DNA of 40,347 nt from a virus. Its lineage: Duplodnaviria > Caudoviricetes. This document shows, piece by piece, positions 9,014 through 18,740 of the stretch. The number at the start of each line of letters is the position of its first letter. Position 1 is the first letter of the stretch. The position numbers and the translations under genes are program-made. The DNA lies in the IMG/VR virus record IMGVR_UViG_3300020477_000059, positions 1-40,347 of that record. One strand, written 5' to 3'. The notes under the pieces were generated by a model. The model saw only the letters and a list, made by a program, of their open reading frames with translations, was not told the origin of the DNA and made no database searches.

Positions 9014-12000
9014 ATGGTAGCACCAAGAGGATTAGCGGTAATCACAGGATCGAATACAACAGTATTTGAGATCCTTGATAATGGAACCGCAAAAATGAAA
9101 CTAAGCAATGTTGCAGCTGACCACATCATAACGGCATCTGCAACTGACGGTACATTGGGGACGATAGGATTAACTGCGTCTGTAATGGCCAGTAAACTAG
9201 GTTATGATGATACAAACACTGGATGGGGTGGTGGGATTGACACCGTTCAGGAGGCAATTGAAAAGTTAGAGGATTTATCTGGAACCTCGACGCTTGCTGG
9301 AGCAACAGATACAAACATTTCAGGACTATCTTCTGGTCATGTTTTGATTTACGATGGTTCGAACAGCTGGGACAACAAAGCTCTGTCTGGAGATGTTACC
9401 GTAGACGCAAACGGTGTCATGACCATCAAGACAAGTCCGGTGTTTACTACTCCGCAAATTAATGATTCCAATTCGAGTCACCAATATGTGTTTACAGTTA
9501 GTGACCTTACTGCTGACAGGAATGTTAATCTTCCTCTCCTTACGGGAAATGATGAGTTCACGTTCAACGCACATGCGGCAACCCTGACCAACAAGACAAT
9601 TGATTCTGACAACAACACGATAACCAACATCGTAAATGCAGATATTAAAGCATCTGCTGGCATTGTTGACACAAAGTTGGCAACCATCTCAACTGCCAAC
9701 AAAGTTGCTGCAACCGCAATAGACATTGACGGTGCAACTGACATTGGTGAAGCCTTGGTAGATGCCGACTTACTTATTGTTGATAACGGTGCTGGAGGTA
9801 CAAACCGAAAGACTGCTTTGAGCAGACTTCCGACCTACCTGACAAATCATGCGAGTTTAACTTCGTTGAACGCACTGACAACAGTTGGCACAATCGGCAC
9901 TGGTGTTTGGCAAGGTACTCCAATCGCGACTAACTATATTGCAAACGATGCAGTTACTCCTGCCAAATTGAGCATCTTTGATGACTCGTTAGCAGCAGGC
10001 AATACGAAGATCATGATTGGTGATGGTTCCGATTATAGTGAATTCGCACTGAGTGGAGATGTTACGATGACCAATGCGGGTGTCGTTTCGGTCAACTCAG
10101 TTCAAGCAAACTCGGTTGCTATGGGGACATCCACTACTGGTGACTATGTTGCGGCAGTTACTGCTGGTGACGGCATGTCATCTACTGGAGCAACTTCTGG
10201 TGAAACTGTCTCACACACACTCAGTGTCGATGCTTCCCAGACGACAATCACTTCTGTTAAGAATGCTTCCCTCACTATCGGTAGAGATGCTGATAATGAT
10301 ATTGATTTTGCAACAGACAATAACATTATCTTTAGAGTAAACGGTGCAGACCACCTTGTCTTAAAGAATAATGTACTTGAACCAGTTTCCAATAATGCGG
10401 TGGATCTTGGATCTACCAATAAGAAGTTTAAGGATATCTACATTGACGGCACTGTGAAAGCAGATGCTGTGACTGTTGGTGGAACTGCTGTTGTTCTTGT
10501 CGGTGGTGCAAATCACGATGGATTTAGTGACTTTGTTGCTAATGAGCATATCGACCACAGTTCGGTGAGTATTGCCACTGGCACCGGCCTTTCCGGTGGT
10601 GGTGATCTCACCTCAACCAGAACCTTGAGTGTTGATGCCGCACAAACTGGCATCACATCTATCCTCAATGCCTCTCTTGGCAAGATCGGTACAGATGCCG
10701 CACAAGAATACGTCACTTTTGGTACTGCTAACGAAGTTAATACCTTCGTCAACAACACCGAGAGATTGAGTGTAACTGCTGCTGGTGTTGACGTTACTGG
10801 TAACTTGGTGGCTTCCGGAGACATCACTGGTGCAACCGGTTCCTTGGGTGAACTAACTATCAATGGAGATCTTTACGTTAAAGGTGAAACTTTTACTGTT
10901 GATTCTACCTTGATTCGTGTCACTGGTGGCATCTCTTTTGAGGGATCTGGTGCTGATGATGACTACGAGACAACCCTTACTGTCACGAACCCAACTGCTG
11001 ACAGAACCTGGACATTGCCAGATGTTACTGATACCGTCGTAGGTCTTGCAGCAACGCAAACTTTGACCAACAAAACACTGACAGCTGCAAACATTGACAA
11101 TCCAGACATTGACGGTGGCAACATCGACGGTGCAACTATTGCAACGTCTGACATCACTGTCGGTTCCGGCAAGACTCTTAATGTTTCTGCTGGCACGTTG
11201 ACAACTTCTGCTGCTCAGAATCTTGCTATCATGCAAGGTGCTGCAAACAATGTTGACATTGGCAATTATAAATTGACAGCACAAACTCTTGCATCAGACG
11301 TTAGTACTGGTACTGCTCCTTTGACAGTTGCATCTACCACTCTGGTCGCAAACTTGAACGCAGACAAACTAGATGGACAGGAAGGTTCTTACTATCTTGA
11401 TTGGGACAACTTTGTAGTTGACAACGATCAGATTAGTGGTGACAAGATTGAAGGCGGTACGATTGGTTCAACCACAATTACTGCTTTGACGACTGCTGGT
11501 ATCACTGCTACTGGTGATATTGATATCGGTTCTCATGACTTGAAAGCAGAAACTCTCACGTCCGATGTTACTACTGGTACTGCTCCTTTAACAGTGGCAT
11601 CCACAACTCTGGTCGCAAACTTGAACGCAGACAAATTAGATGGACAGGAAGGTTCTTACTATACTGATTTCTCTAATATGACTGTTGACAACGGTGAGAT
11701 AGCTGGTGCTAAACTTGCCGACAACGGAGTCACTCTCGCAAAGATGGCCGGTATCACAAGAGGTAGCATCATTCATGGTGATGCCAGTGGTGATCCAGCT
11801 TATTTAGCAAAAGGCACTGCACATCAGTTCCTCCAGTCTGACGGAACCGATGTCTCTTATGTCACGATGGGTGGTGATGCTACCTTGAGTGCAGGCACTC
11901 TTACTATTGCAGATAATGCAGTCACTCTCGCAAAGATGGCTGGACTTGCAAGAGGTAAGCTTATTGTCGGAGACGCAAGTGGCGACCCTTCTGCTTTATC

Positions 12001-15000
12001 GGTAGGTACTGCACACCAGTTCCTCCAGTCTGACGGAACCGATGTTTCTTATGTCACGATGGGTGGTGATGCTACCTTGAATGCAGGCACTATGACACTT
12101 GCAAACACAGGAGTTTCTGCCAATCAATACGGTTCTACCACAGCTGTTCCAGTAATTACTATTGATTCAAAAGGTCGTATTACTGCTGCTACAACTGCTG
12201 CAATCGCAACCAGTTTTAACGTCAATGCAGATAATGATTCTGCTGACACTGTTGCTGGTGGAGAGACTCTCACTTTCACAGGTACTGCCAACGAAATTGT
12301 TACTACTGTGTCCAATAATCAGATCACGTTCTCACAACCAAACGACGTGACAATTGGCCAGGACTTAACTGTTACTCGTGATTTGTCGGCAAGAACTGGT
12401 TCTATTACTGGTGATTTGACGGTTGCCAAGGATTTGACTGTTTCTGGTGACTTCTACGTTAAAGGTGACACTTTTACTGTTGACTCTACTTTGATACGAG
12501 TTACTGGTGGAATCTCTTTCGAAGGTTCTGGTGCTGATGATGACTACGAGACAACTCTTACTGTCACGAACCCAACAGCCGACAGAACTTGGACATTGCC
12601 GGACGTTACCGACACTGTAGTGGGTCTTGCGGCAGCACAGACTTTGACCAATAAAACACTGACAGCTGCAAACATTGACAATCCTGACATCGATGGTGGT
12701 ACAATTGACGGTGCAGACGTTACTGTCGGTTCCGGCAAGACTCTTAATGTTTCTGCTGGCACGTTGACAACTTCTGCTGCTCAGAATCTTGCTATCATGC
12801 AAGGTGCTGCAAACAATGTTGACATTGGCAATTACGAATTGAGAGCACAAACTCTCCATTCTGATGTTACTACTGGTACTGCTCCTTTGACGGTTGCATC
12901 TACCACTTTGGTTTCAAACTTGAACGCAGACAAATTAGATGGTCAAGAAGGTTCTTACTATACTGACTTCTCTAACATGACTGTTGACAACGATGAGATC
13001 TCTGGTGACAAGATTCAAGGCGGTACGATTGGTTCAACCACAATCACAACCTTGGCATCTACAACTGGCAACATTACAAATGTCTCTGCCTCATACATTA
13101 GTGGTTCTAGTACTTTGGATCTCGATGGCAATGCACAGTTTAATGGGAATGTTGCTATTAAGACAGGCAAGACACTGACTGTTGGTGGAACCAATGTTGT
13201 TCTTGCTGGTGGTGCAAACCATGACGGTTTCAGTGATTTTGTTGCTAACGAGCACATTGATCACTCTACTGTAAGTATTACTGCTGGTACTGGACTTTCC
13301 GGTGGTGGCACGATTGCAGCAACCAGAACCTTGAGTGTTGGTGCCGCACAAACCACAATTGAGACAGTATACAACACTGGCCTTAAAGTTGGTAGAGCAT
13401 CTGGAGATACATATATTGATTTTGCAACCGCAGATGATAATATTGATTTCTATGCTGGTGCTACTAAGATTGTTGACTTGACTACATCTGGAGTTGATAT
13501 TACTGGTGCCCTGACTACAACTGGAAACATCTCTGGTGCAACTGGTTCCTTGGGTGAGTTGACTATCAATGGTGATCTCTACGTTAAGGGGCAAACCTTC
13601 ACTGTTGACTCTACTCTGATACGAGTTACTGGTGGTATCTCTTTCGAGGGAACCGGTGCTGATGATGACTACGAGACAACTCTTACTGTCACGAACCCAA
13701 CAGCCGACAGAACTTGGACATTGCCGGATGTTACTGATACCGTCGTAGGTCTTGCAGCAACGCAAACTTTGTCCAACAAAACACTGACAAGTGCAGACAT
13801 TAACTCACCTGACATCGATGGTGGTACAATTGACGGTGCAACCATTGCAACGTCTGACATCACCGTGGGTAACAGCAAGACTCTTAATGTTTCTGCTGGT
13901 ACGTTGACGACATCTGCTGCTCAAAACTTGGCAATTGTTCAAGGTGCTGCTGCAAACATTGATGTTGGTTCTTATGACTTGAAAGCTCAAACTCTCACGT
14001 CTGATGTTACTACTGGTACTGCTCCCTTGACGGTTGCATCTACTACGAAAGTGGCAAACTTGAACGCAGATAAGTTAGACGATCAGGAAGGTTCTTATTA
14101 CCTCGACTTCTCAAACTTTGTAGTTGACAATGATGAGATCTCCGGTGATAAGATTCAAGGCGGTACGATTGGTTCAACCACAATCACAACCTTGACATCT
14201 ACAAATGTTAACTCTACTAACCTTAGTGGGTCTGGTACTCTGAATCTCGACGGTGCTGCTCAGTTTAACGGTAATGTTACTGTTAAGACAGGTGGGACTC
14301 TTGATTTGACAGGTGCTACTCTGACACTCTCTAACGATGCGATTAGTGGTGACAAGATTCAAGGCGGTACGATTGGTTCAACGACAATCACAACCTTGAC
14401 GACCTCTGGTATTGAGCTTGGACATGCCACGCAAAATACCTTGACTGCCGCAAGTGGGGATCTCTCCATTGAAGGACAACGAATCTTCCGTGTTGGTGGT
14501 GCTGATGTTCCTGTTGCCGATGGTGGTACTGGTGCAAGTAACGCAACCGCTGCAAGAAGTAATCTTGGTTTAGAGATTGGAGTCAATGTTCAGGCACACG
14601 ATGATCAGTTGGATTCCCTTGCTGCATGGACCGCTGCTCAGGTTACTACTTTAGGTAATCTTGGTACAGTCACTACTGCTGCAAACAAGATGGTTTACAC
14701 TACTGGTGCAGACACTTTTGCAGAAGCAGATTTGACTCCTGCTGGTAGAGCACTCTTGGATGATGCCGATGCTGCTGCTCAAAGAACTACTTTGGGTGTG
14801 GGCACAGGGGACAGTCCAACATTCACAGATTTGACACTTAGTGGCAATGATTTGGACTTTTCTGCGGGAGCTGCCAATATTGGTGCCTCTGTAGGGAATG
14901 CTACCATGACTCTCGGTGGTGCAACATCAACTGTGTCTGTTCCGGGTAATCTTTCAGTCGGATCATCTAAAACACTGACAGTAACAAACATTGCTAACGG

Positions 15001-15745
15001 TGGATCAACTGCTATGACTCTTAGTGGGAATGATGTGACTATGAAAGGTGACTTGACTGTTGAAGGTAACTTCACGACAATGACAAGTACGACGGTCAAA
15101 ATTGATGACAAGTTGCTTACTTTGGGTGTTGTTGACAACAACGGAACTGCAAATGCCTCTACTGCAAACGGTGGTGGTATCGAACTTACAGGTGCTGCTG
15201 GAAATGGAACCGGCAACAACTATGCTTTTGTTCTTGACAATGCAGCTTCAAGTGCTCGATGGCAATCCTCAGAACACCTTGACTTAAAGTCTGGCAAGGC
15301 ATATTACATCAACGGTGCTGAGATACTCACAGCAGCAGCAGTGAACCTCAATGGACAGTCGAATGTTCTTACGTCTACCGCTCTTGGCAGCACTGTTGTT
15401 GGCTCTTCACTAACAAGTGTTGGGACATTAACAAGTTTGGCAGTCGCAGGTGCAACTACCTTGGGTACTAGCTACAATGCAACTGATGGTTCCGATAAGG
15501 TTACTATCAACGGTTCATTGCAGTTGGGCACCTTAGACGGCAACGACGCAACACAGCAGGACATCATGGAATATCTGGCAACTAATCGTGCCACACTTTC
15601 CGGACAGATGGTATATGTTACGAATGCATACACAGCTTCTGCATCCCATGTGGCATACGACGCGTTTGATACCCCAAATAAGTTCTACTTTTGCGAGGAA
15701 GGAGTATGGCACTCCTCACCATTTGCTACGGCAGCAGAAGAGTAA
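9014..15745 (+). CDS. Giant repeat-built fibre protein, 2243 aa (head or tail fibre)
   Basis: Gly/Thr/Ala/Asp-rich; phage fibre motifs (QTLTNKTL, ADKLDGQEGSYY, DGGTGASNATAARSNLGL, TVKIDDKLLTL, SLTSVGTLTSLAV); several internal repeats. Confidence 0.85.
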   Translation: MVAPRGLAVITGSNTTVFEILDNGTAKMKLSNVAADHIITASATDGTLGTIGLTASVMASKLGYDDTNTGWGGGIDTVQEAIEKLEDLSGTSTLAGATDTNISGLSSGHVLIYDGSNSWDNKALSGDVTVDANGVMTIKTSPVFTTPQINDSNSSHQYVFTVSDLTADRNVNLPLLTGNDEFTFNAHAATLTNKTIDSDNNTITNIVNADIKASAGIVDTKLATISTANKVAATAIDIDGATDIGEALVDADLLIVDNGAGGTNRKTALSRLPTYLTNHASLTSLNALTTVGTIGTGVWQGTPIATNYIANDAVTPAKLSIFDDSLAAGNTKIMIGDGSDYSEFALSGDVTMTNAGVVSVNSVQANSVAMGTSTTGDYVAAVTAGDGMSSTGATSGETVSHTLSVDASQTTITSVKNASLTIGRDADNDIDFATDNNIIFRVNGADHLVLKNNVLEPVSNNAVDLGSTNKKFKDIYIDGTVKADAVTVGGTAVVLVGGANHDGFSDFVANEHIDHSSVSIATGTGLSGGGDLTSTRTLSVDAAQTGITSILNASLGKIGTDAAQEYVTFGTANEVNTFVNNTERLSVTAAGVDVTGNLVASGDITGATGSLGELTINGDLYVKGETFTVDSTLIRVTGGISFEGSGADDDYETTLTVTNPTADRTWTLPDVTDTVVGLAATQTLTNKTLTAANIDNPDIDGGNIDGATIATSDITVGSGKTLNVSAGTLTTSAAQNLAIMQGAANNVDIGNYKLTAQTLASDVSTGTAPLTVASTTLVANLNADKLDGQEGSYYLDWDNFVVDNDQISGDKIEGGTIGSTTITALTTAGITATGDIDIGSHDLKAETLTSDVTTGTAPLTVASTTLVANLNADKLDGQEGSYYTDFSNMTVDNGEIAGAKLADNGVTLAKMAGITRGSIIHGDASGDPAYLAKGTAHQFLQSDGTDVSYVTMGGDATLSAGTLTIADNAVTLAKMAGLARGKLIVGDASGDPSALSVGTAHQFLQSDGTDVSYVTMGGDATLNAGTMTLANTGVSANQYGSTTAVPVITIDSKGRITAATTAAIATSFNVNADNDSADTVAGGETLTFTGTANEIVTTVSNNQITFSQPNDVTIGQDLTVTRDLSARTGSITGDLTVAKDLTVSGDFYVKGDTFTVDSTLIRVTGGISFEGSGADDDYETTLTVTNPTADRTWTLPDVTDTVVGLAAAQTLTNKTLTAANIDNPDIDGGTIDGADVTVGSGKTLNVSAGTLTTSAAQNLAIMQGAANNVDIGNYELRAQTLHSDVTTGTAPLTVASTTLVSNLNADKLDGQEGSYYTDFSNMTVDNDEISGDKIQGGTIGSTTITTLASTTGNITNVSASYISGSSTLDLDGNAQFNGNVAIKTGKTLTVGGTNVVLAGGANHDGFSDFVANEHIDHSTVSITAGTGLSGGGTIAATRTLSVGAAQTTIETVYNTGLKVGRASGDTYIDFATADDNIDFYAGATKIVDLTTSGVDITGALTTTGNISGATGSLGELTINGDLYVKGQTFTVDSTLIRVTGGISFEGTGADDDYETTLTVTNPTADRTWTLPDVTDTVVGLAATQTLSNKTLTSADINSPDIDGGTIDGATIATSDITVGNSKTLNVSAGTLTTSAAQNLAIVQGAAANIDVGSYDLKAQTLTSDVTTGTAPLTVASTTKVANLNADKLDDQEGSYYLDFSNFVVDNDEISGDKIQGGTIGSTTITTLTSTNVNSTNLSGSGTLNLDGAAQFNGNVTVKTGGTLDLTGATLTLSNDAISGDKIQGGTIGSTTITTLTTSGIELGHATQNTLTAASGDLSIEGQRIFRVGGADVPVADGGTGASNATAARSNLGLEIGVNVQAHDDQLDSLAAWTAAQVTTLGNLGTVTTAANKMVYTTGADTFAEADLTPAGRALLDDADAAAQRTTLGVGTGDSPTFTDLTLSGNDLDFSAGAANIGASVGNATMTLGGATSTVSVPGNLSVGSSKTLTVTNIANGGSTAMTLSGNDVTMKGDLTVEGNFTTMTSTTVKIDDKLLTLGVVDNNGTANASTANGGGIELTGAAGNGTGNNYAFVLDNAASSARWQSSEHLDLKSGKAYYINGAEILTAAAVNLNGQSNVLTSTALGSTVVGSSLTSVGTLTSLAVAGATTLGTSYNATDGSDKVTINGSLQLGTLDGNDATQQDIMEYLATNRATLSGQMVYVTNAYTASASHVAYDAFDTPNKFYFCEEGVWHSSPFATAAEE
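10829..14193 (+). repeat. Three dispersed ~600-650 nt coding repeats in the fibre gene (~10829-11480, ~12446-13053, ~13535-14193) plus smaller repeats
   Basis: GD.YVKG.TFTVDSTLIRVTGGISFEG.GADDDYETTLTVTNPTADRTWTLPDVTDTVVGLA x3; ADKLD.QEGSYY x4; ISGDKI.GGTIGSTTIT x4; HQFLQSDGTDVSYVTMGGDATL x2; NHDGFSDFVANEHIDHS x2. Confidence 0.9.
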
Positions 15746-15771
15746 TAGATACTTAAATCAATAAAATTACC

Positions 15772-15803
15772 AACCCGGCACCTCATGTGTCGGGTTTTTT
15801 TTT
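15772..15803 (+). terminator. Intrinsic terminator
   Basis: Stem AACCCGGCAC / GTGTCGGGTT (one G-U pair), loop CTCAT, followed by a long T run, just after the fibre gene. Confidence 0.9.
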
Positions 15804-15831
15804 GCAAAAAAGACTTTTGTGTTATTATCCT

Positions 15832-15839
15832 ACTATTTA
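15832..15839 (+). promoter_or_regulatory. Candidate late promoter motif ACTATTTA (near copy ACTATTTC at 15851-15858)
   Basis: Directly after a terminator and 34 nt before the scaffold ATG. Confidence 0.6.
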
Positions 15840-15873
15840 CAAGGTATAGTACTATTTCCAAGGAGATCCACAC

Positions 15874-16911
15874 ATGAGCACACTATTAGAAGAGGCAATC
15901 ATTGATGCTAAGGCACTAAAAGAGGCTGCAATGAAAACTGCTGAAAAATCAATCATTGAGAAGTATTCCGACGAAGTTAGAAAGGGCATCGATGCTATCT
16001 TAGAAGCAGAGATGGATATGGACAATGTTGGTTCCACTAATCCTATCGACGAAATCCCCCTCGCAGCAACGGGCGGAGAAAACACTTGCGCTTGTCCAGA
16101 AGAAGATGAGGAGATTGAAATCAATCTTTCTGATTTAGCAGATCTCGCATCGGATGATGATGTTAGCATGGGAGATATGGAATCCACCGAAACGGCCCTT
16201 GGAGATATTCCTCCCGAAGAAGAGGAAGAGGACGATGAACTCATGGAAGACGATATTGTCGCACAGATCCTTTCTGCCCTCAACGAAGACGAGGAACCCA
16301 AGGTCAAAGCAGAGGAGATGAAAACATCCGATCAACACAAAATGCCCCCAATGGAAGACACAGAACCAATGGCAAGAGCACAAGAACTCGAAGAAGAGAG
16401 ATGTGAAGAAGAGGACAGTGAAGTCACCGAAAACGATGACGACAAGAAAAACGAAAACCTCAAACTCGCAAACGAATTTACCAAACTCCAGGAGTCAATT
16501 AATACTCTGGGGCAAGATAATAAAAACCTCAAAACTTCCAACGCAAAAATCGTTGAAGAAAATGAGAAACTAAGGGGAACACTTCAAGAATTGAACGAAG
16601 TGTTCGAAGACTTGCTTTTGCAAAACGCAAAACTTGTCTACACCAACAAAACTTTAGAAGTCAGCTCCCTGAATGAGCGGCAGAAAGAGAAAATTGTTGG
16701 TGCAATTAGAGAATCCAACACGCCAGAAGAGGCAAAGGTAGTTTATGAAACACTGCAAAGTGCTGTAGGTGCTGGTAGTTCTCGTACTCCTCGAACATTG
16801 AGCGAAGTTACGAGCAGAAACAACCAAAAGATGGTTTCTCGCAAAAACACCAACAATGATAATCAAATGCCTGTCGCATCAAGGTGGAAAGCCTTGGCAG
16901 GGATAAAATAA
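15874..16911 (+). CDS. Prohead scaffolding protein (T4 gp22-like role)
   Basis: Very acidic and coiled-coil-like, many (L/I)xE sites, ends RWKALAGIK, lies directly upstream of the major capsid gene. Confidence 0.8.
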   Translation: MSTLLEEAIIDAKALKEAAMKTAEKSIIEKYSDEVRKGIDAILEAEMDMDNVGSTNPIDEIPLAATGGENTCACPEEDEEIEINLSDLADLASDDDVSMGDMESTETALGDIPPEEEEEDDELMEDDIVAQILSALNEDEEPKVKAEEMKTSDQHKMPPMEDTEPMARAQELEEERCEEEDSEVTENDDDKKNENLKLANEFTKLQESINTLGQDNKNLKTSNAKIVEENEKLRGTLQELNEVFEDLLLQNAKLVYTNKTLEVSSLNERQKEKIVGAIRESNTPEEAKVVYETLQSAVGAGSSRTPRTLSEVTSRNNQKMVSRKNTNNDNQMPVASRWKALAGIK

Positions 16912-16935
16912 AACATATAACAGGAGAAATATACA

Positions 16936-18621
16936 ATGTCTATTTTAGAAAAATTAACAGAAGGTATTGTTGATCGCAACCTCTCCGCAGAGGGAGCTGC
17001 AATCCGTACCAAATGGGAAGCATCAGGTCTTCTCGAAGGTCTTCAGGACCGCAACAAAGACTGCATGGCAACTTTGCTTGAAAATCAAGCAAAAGAATTA
17101 CTTCGCGAAGCATCCAGCATGGCTGGTGGCGACGTTGAAGGTTTCGCAGCAGTCGCATTCCCAATCGTCCGTCGTGTATTCGGTGGTCTGATTGCTAACG
17201 AACTGGTTTCAGTTCAACCTATGAGTTTGCCTTCCGGCCTCATCTTCTTCTTGGATTTTACCAGAACTGATGAGTTGCTTGGTGGTGACAAAGACGATTC
17301 TATTTATGGTGGCGGTAAAGTTGCCAAGGGGATTGTTGATGGTGTTGACTTGTCTGGCGCAAATGCCGAATCAGGTCTTTACAACTTGAACAATGGTTAC
17401 AGTGCCCCAACTGGTTCTGCTACTATTGCCCTCAGTGCAGGTGAAGATATCGCAACCAGTCATGCAGTTACTGCACTTTCTGGTGCTTTGTTGACTCGTG
17501 TTGATGCCGATGCTGATTTATTAGCTGGTACTCCTTTTGCTCACGTTTCTGAGCATAAGTTTACTGCTCCATCTGATTTGGACACAAACAACTTGATGGC
17601 AGTTGAAGTAGCTGGTCTTGATGGTACTCAAATCCGTAGATTGACAAAATTGGATGTCAACGGAAAGGTTTCCATCATCGCTGCTAAAGCAACAGCCGTT
17701 ACTATTGGCACTAACAATGCTTCGCTGAAAGTTTCCTATCCTTCTTTGGATAATGTTACTACTGGTGGTGCAACTGGTGCTGTAGTCGGTGCAACCCCGT
17801 GGGGTCTTGAAGGAACCGATACTCTGACAAAAGCAGGAACAAATACTGACATTGCAGAGATCGACATCAAGGTAGACAGCATTGCTGTTACTGCTCAAAC
17901 TCGCAAATTGAAAGCAAAGTGGACACCTGAATTGGGTCAAGACTTGAATGCTTACCACAATTTGGATGCCGAAGTTGAATTAACCAACGTCCTTTCCGAG
18001 CACATCGGTTTGGAAATCGACCAAGAAATCTTGGGTGATTTGGTTAAGGGTGCTAAAGGTGGCAAGATGTACTGGTCACGTCGTCCTGGTAAATTCTTGG
18101 ACAGAGCAACTGGTGCCGCAATCAGCACTGGTGCCAACGAAGCAATGCTCGGTGGTGACTTCACTGGTACGGTTAGTGAGTGGTACGAGACTCTTCTCGA
18201 AACCATTAACGACATCTCTGCTCAAATCCATCGCAAGACCTTGAAAGGTGGAGCTAACTTCTTGGTATGTTCACCAGAAGCAGCAAACATCTTAGAGTTC
18301 ACTGCTGGTTTTAAAGCAAAAGTTGAAGTAGACGCAGACAAAGGCTCCGCTGGTGCCGTAAACGTCGGAAGTCTCAGCAACAAGTTGGAAGTATACGTCG
18401 ATCCTTACTTCCCTCGTAACGTCATTCTTTGTGGTCGAAAAGGTAGCAGCTTCCTCGAAAGTGGATATGTCTATGCTCCTTACGTCCCGTTGCAAGTGAC
18501 TCCCACCATTTTCGGTACTGAAGATTTCGTACCAAGAAAAGGTGTGATGACACGTTATGCTAAGAAGATGGTACGTCCGGATATGTACGGATTGGTTATT
18601 GTTCAAGACTTCAACGGCTAG
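16936..18621 (+). CDS. gp23: Major capsid protein, T4 gp23 family
   Basis: VRRVFGGLIANELVSVQPMSLPSGLIFFL; AQTRKLKAKWTPELGQDLNAYHNLDAEVELTNVLSEHIGLEIDQEIL; YAPYVPLQ...FVPRKGVMTRYA. Confidence 0.97.
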   Translation: MSILEKLTEGIVDRNLSAEGAAIRTKWEASGLLEGLQDRNKDCMATLLENQAKELLREASSMAGGDVEGFAAVAFPIVRRVFGGLIANELVSVQPMSLPSGLIFFLDFTRTDELLGGDKDDSIYGGGKVAKGIVDGVDLSGANAESGLYNLNNGYSAPTGSATIALSAGEDIATSHAVTALSGALLTRVDADADLLAGTPFAHVSEHKFTAPSDLDTNNLMAVEVAGLDGTQIRRLTKLDVNGKVSIIAAKATAVTIGTNNASLKVSYPSLDNVTTGGATGAVVGATPWGLEGTDTLTKAGTNTDIAEIDIKVDSIAVTAQTRKLKAKWTPELGQDLNAYHNLDAEVELTNVLSEHIGLEIDQEILGDLVKGAKGGKMYWSRRPGKFLDRATGAAISTGANEAMLGGDFTGTVSEWYETLLETINDISAQIHRKTLKGGANFLVCSPEAANILEFTAGFKAKVEVDADKGSAGAVNVGSLSNKLEVYVDPYFPRNVILCGRKGSSFLESGYVYAPYVPLQVTPTIFGTEDFVPRKGVMTRYAKKMVRPDMYGLVIVQDFNG

Positions 18622-18652
18622 AACTTAATCCAATAAAAAAACAACAAACATT

Positions 18653-18680
18653 AAACCCCGTCCTAGTGATGGGGTTTTTT
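18653..18680 (+). terminator. Intrinsic terminator after the major capsid gene
   Basis: Stem AAACCCCGTC / GATGGGGTTT, loop CTAGT, T tail. Confidence 0.9.
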
Positions 18681-18702
18681 GTTTCTATTTCCAATAAAAA
18701 AA

Positions 18703-18710
18703 ACTACTTA
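18703..18710 (+). promoter_or_regulatory. Candidate late promoter motif ACTACTTA
   Basis: Follows the terminator; 30 nt before ATG 18741. Confidence 0.6.
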
Positions 18711-18740
18711 TTTTGAATACATCCGCGGAGGACTCACGAA

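Noticed and set aside
9126-15219. Many minus-strand ORFs of 60-224 aa, some repeated
   Set aside because: Shadow frames of a codon-biased, repetitive plus-strand gene; their repeats mirror the fibre repeats and they have no recognisable motifs
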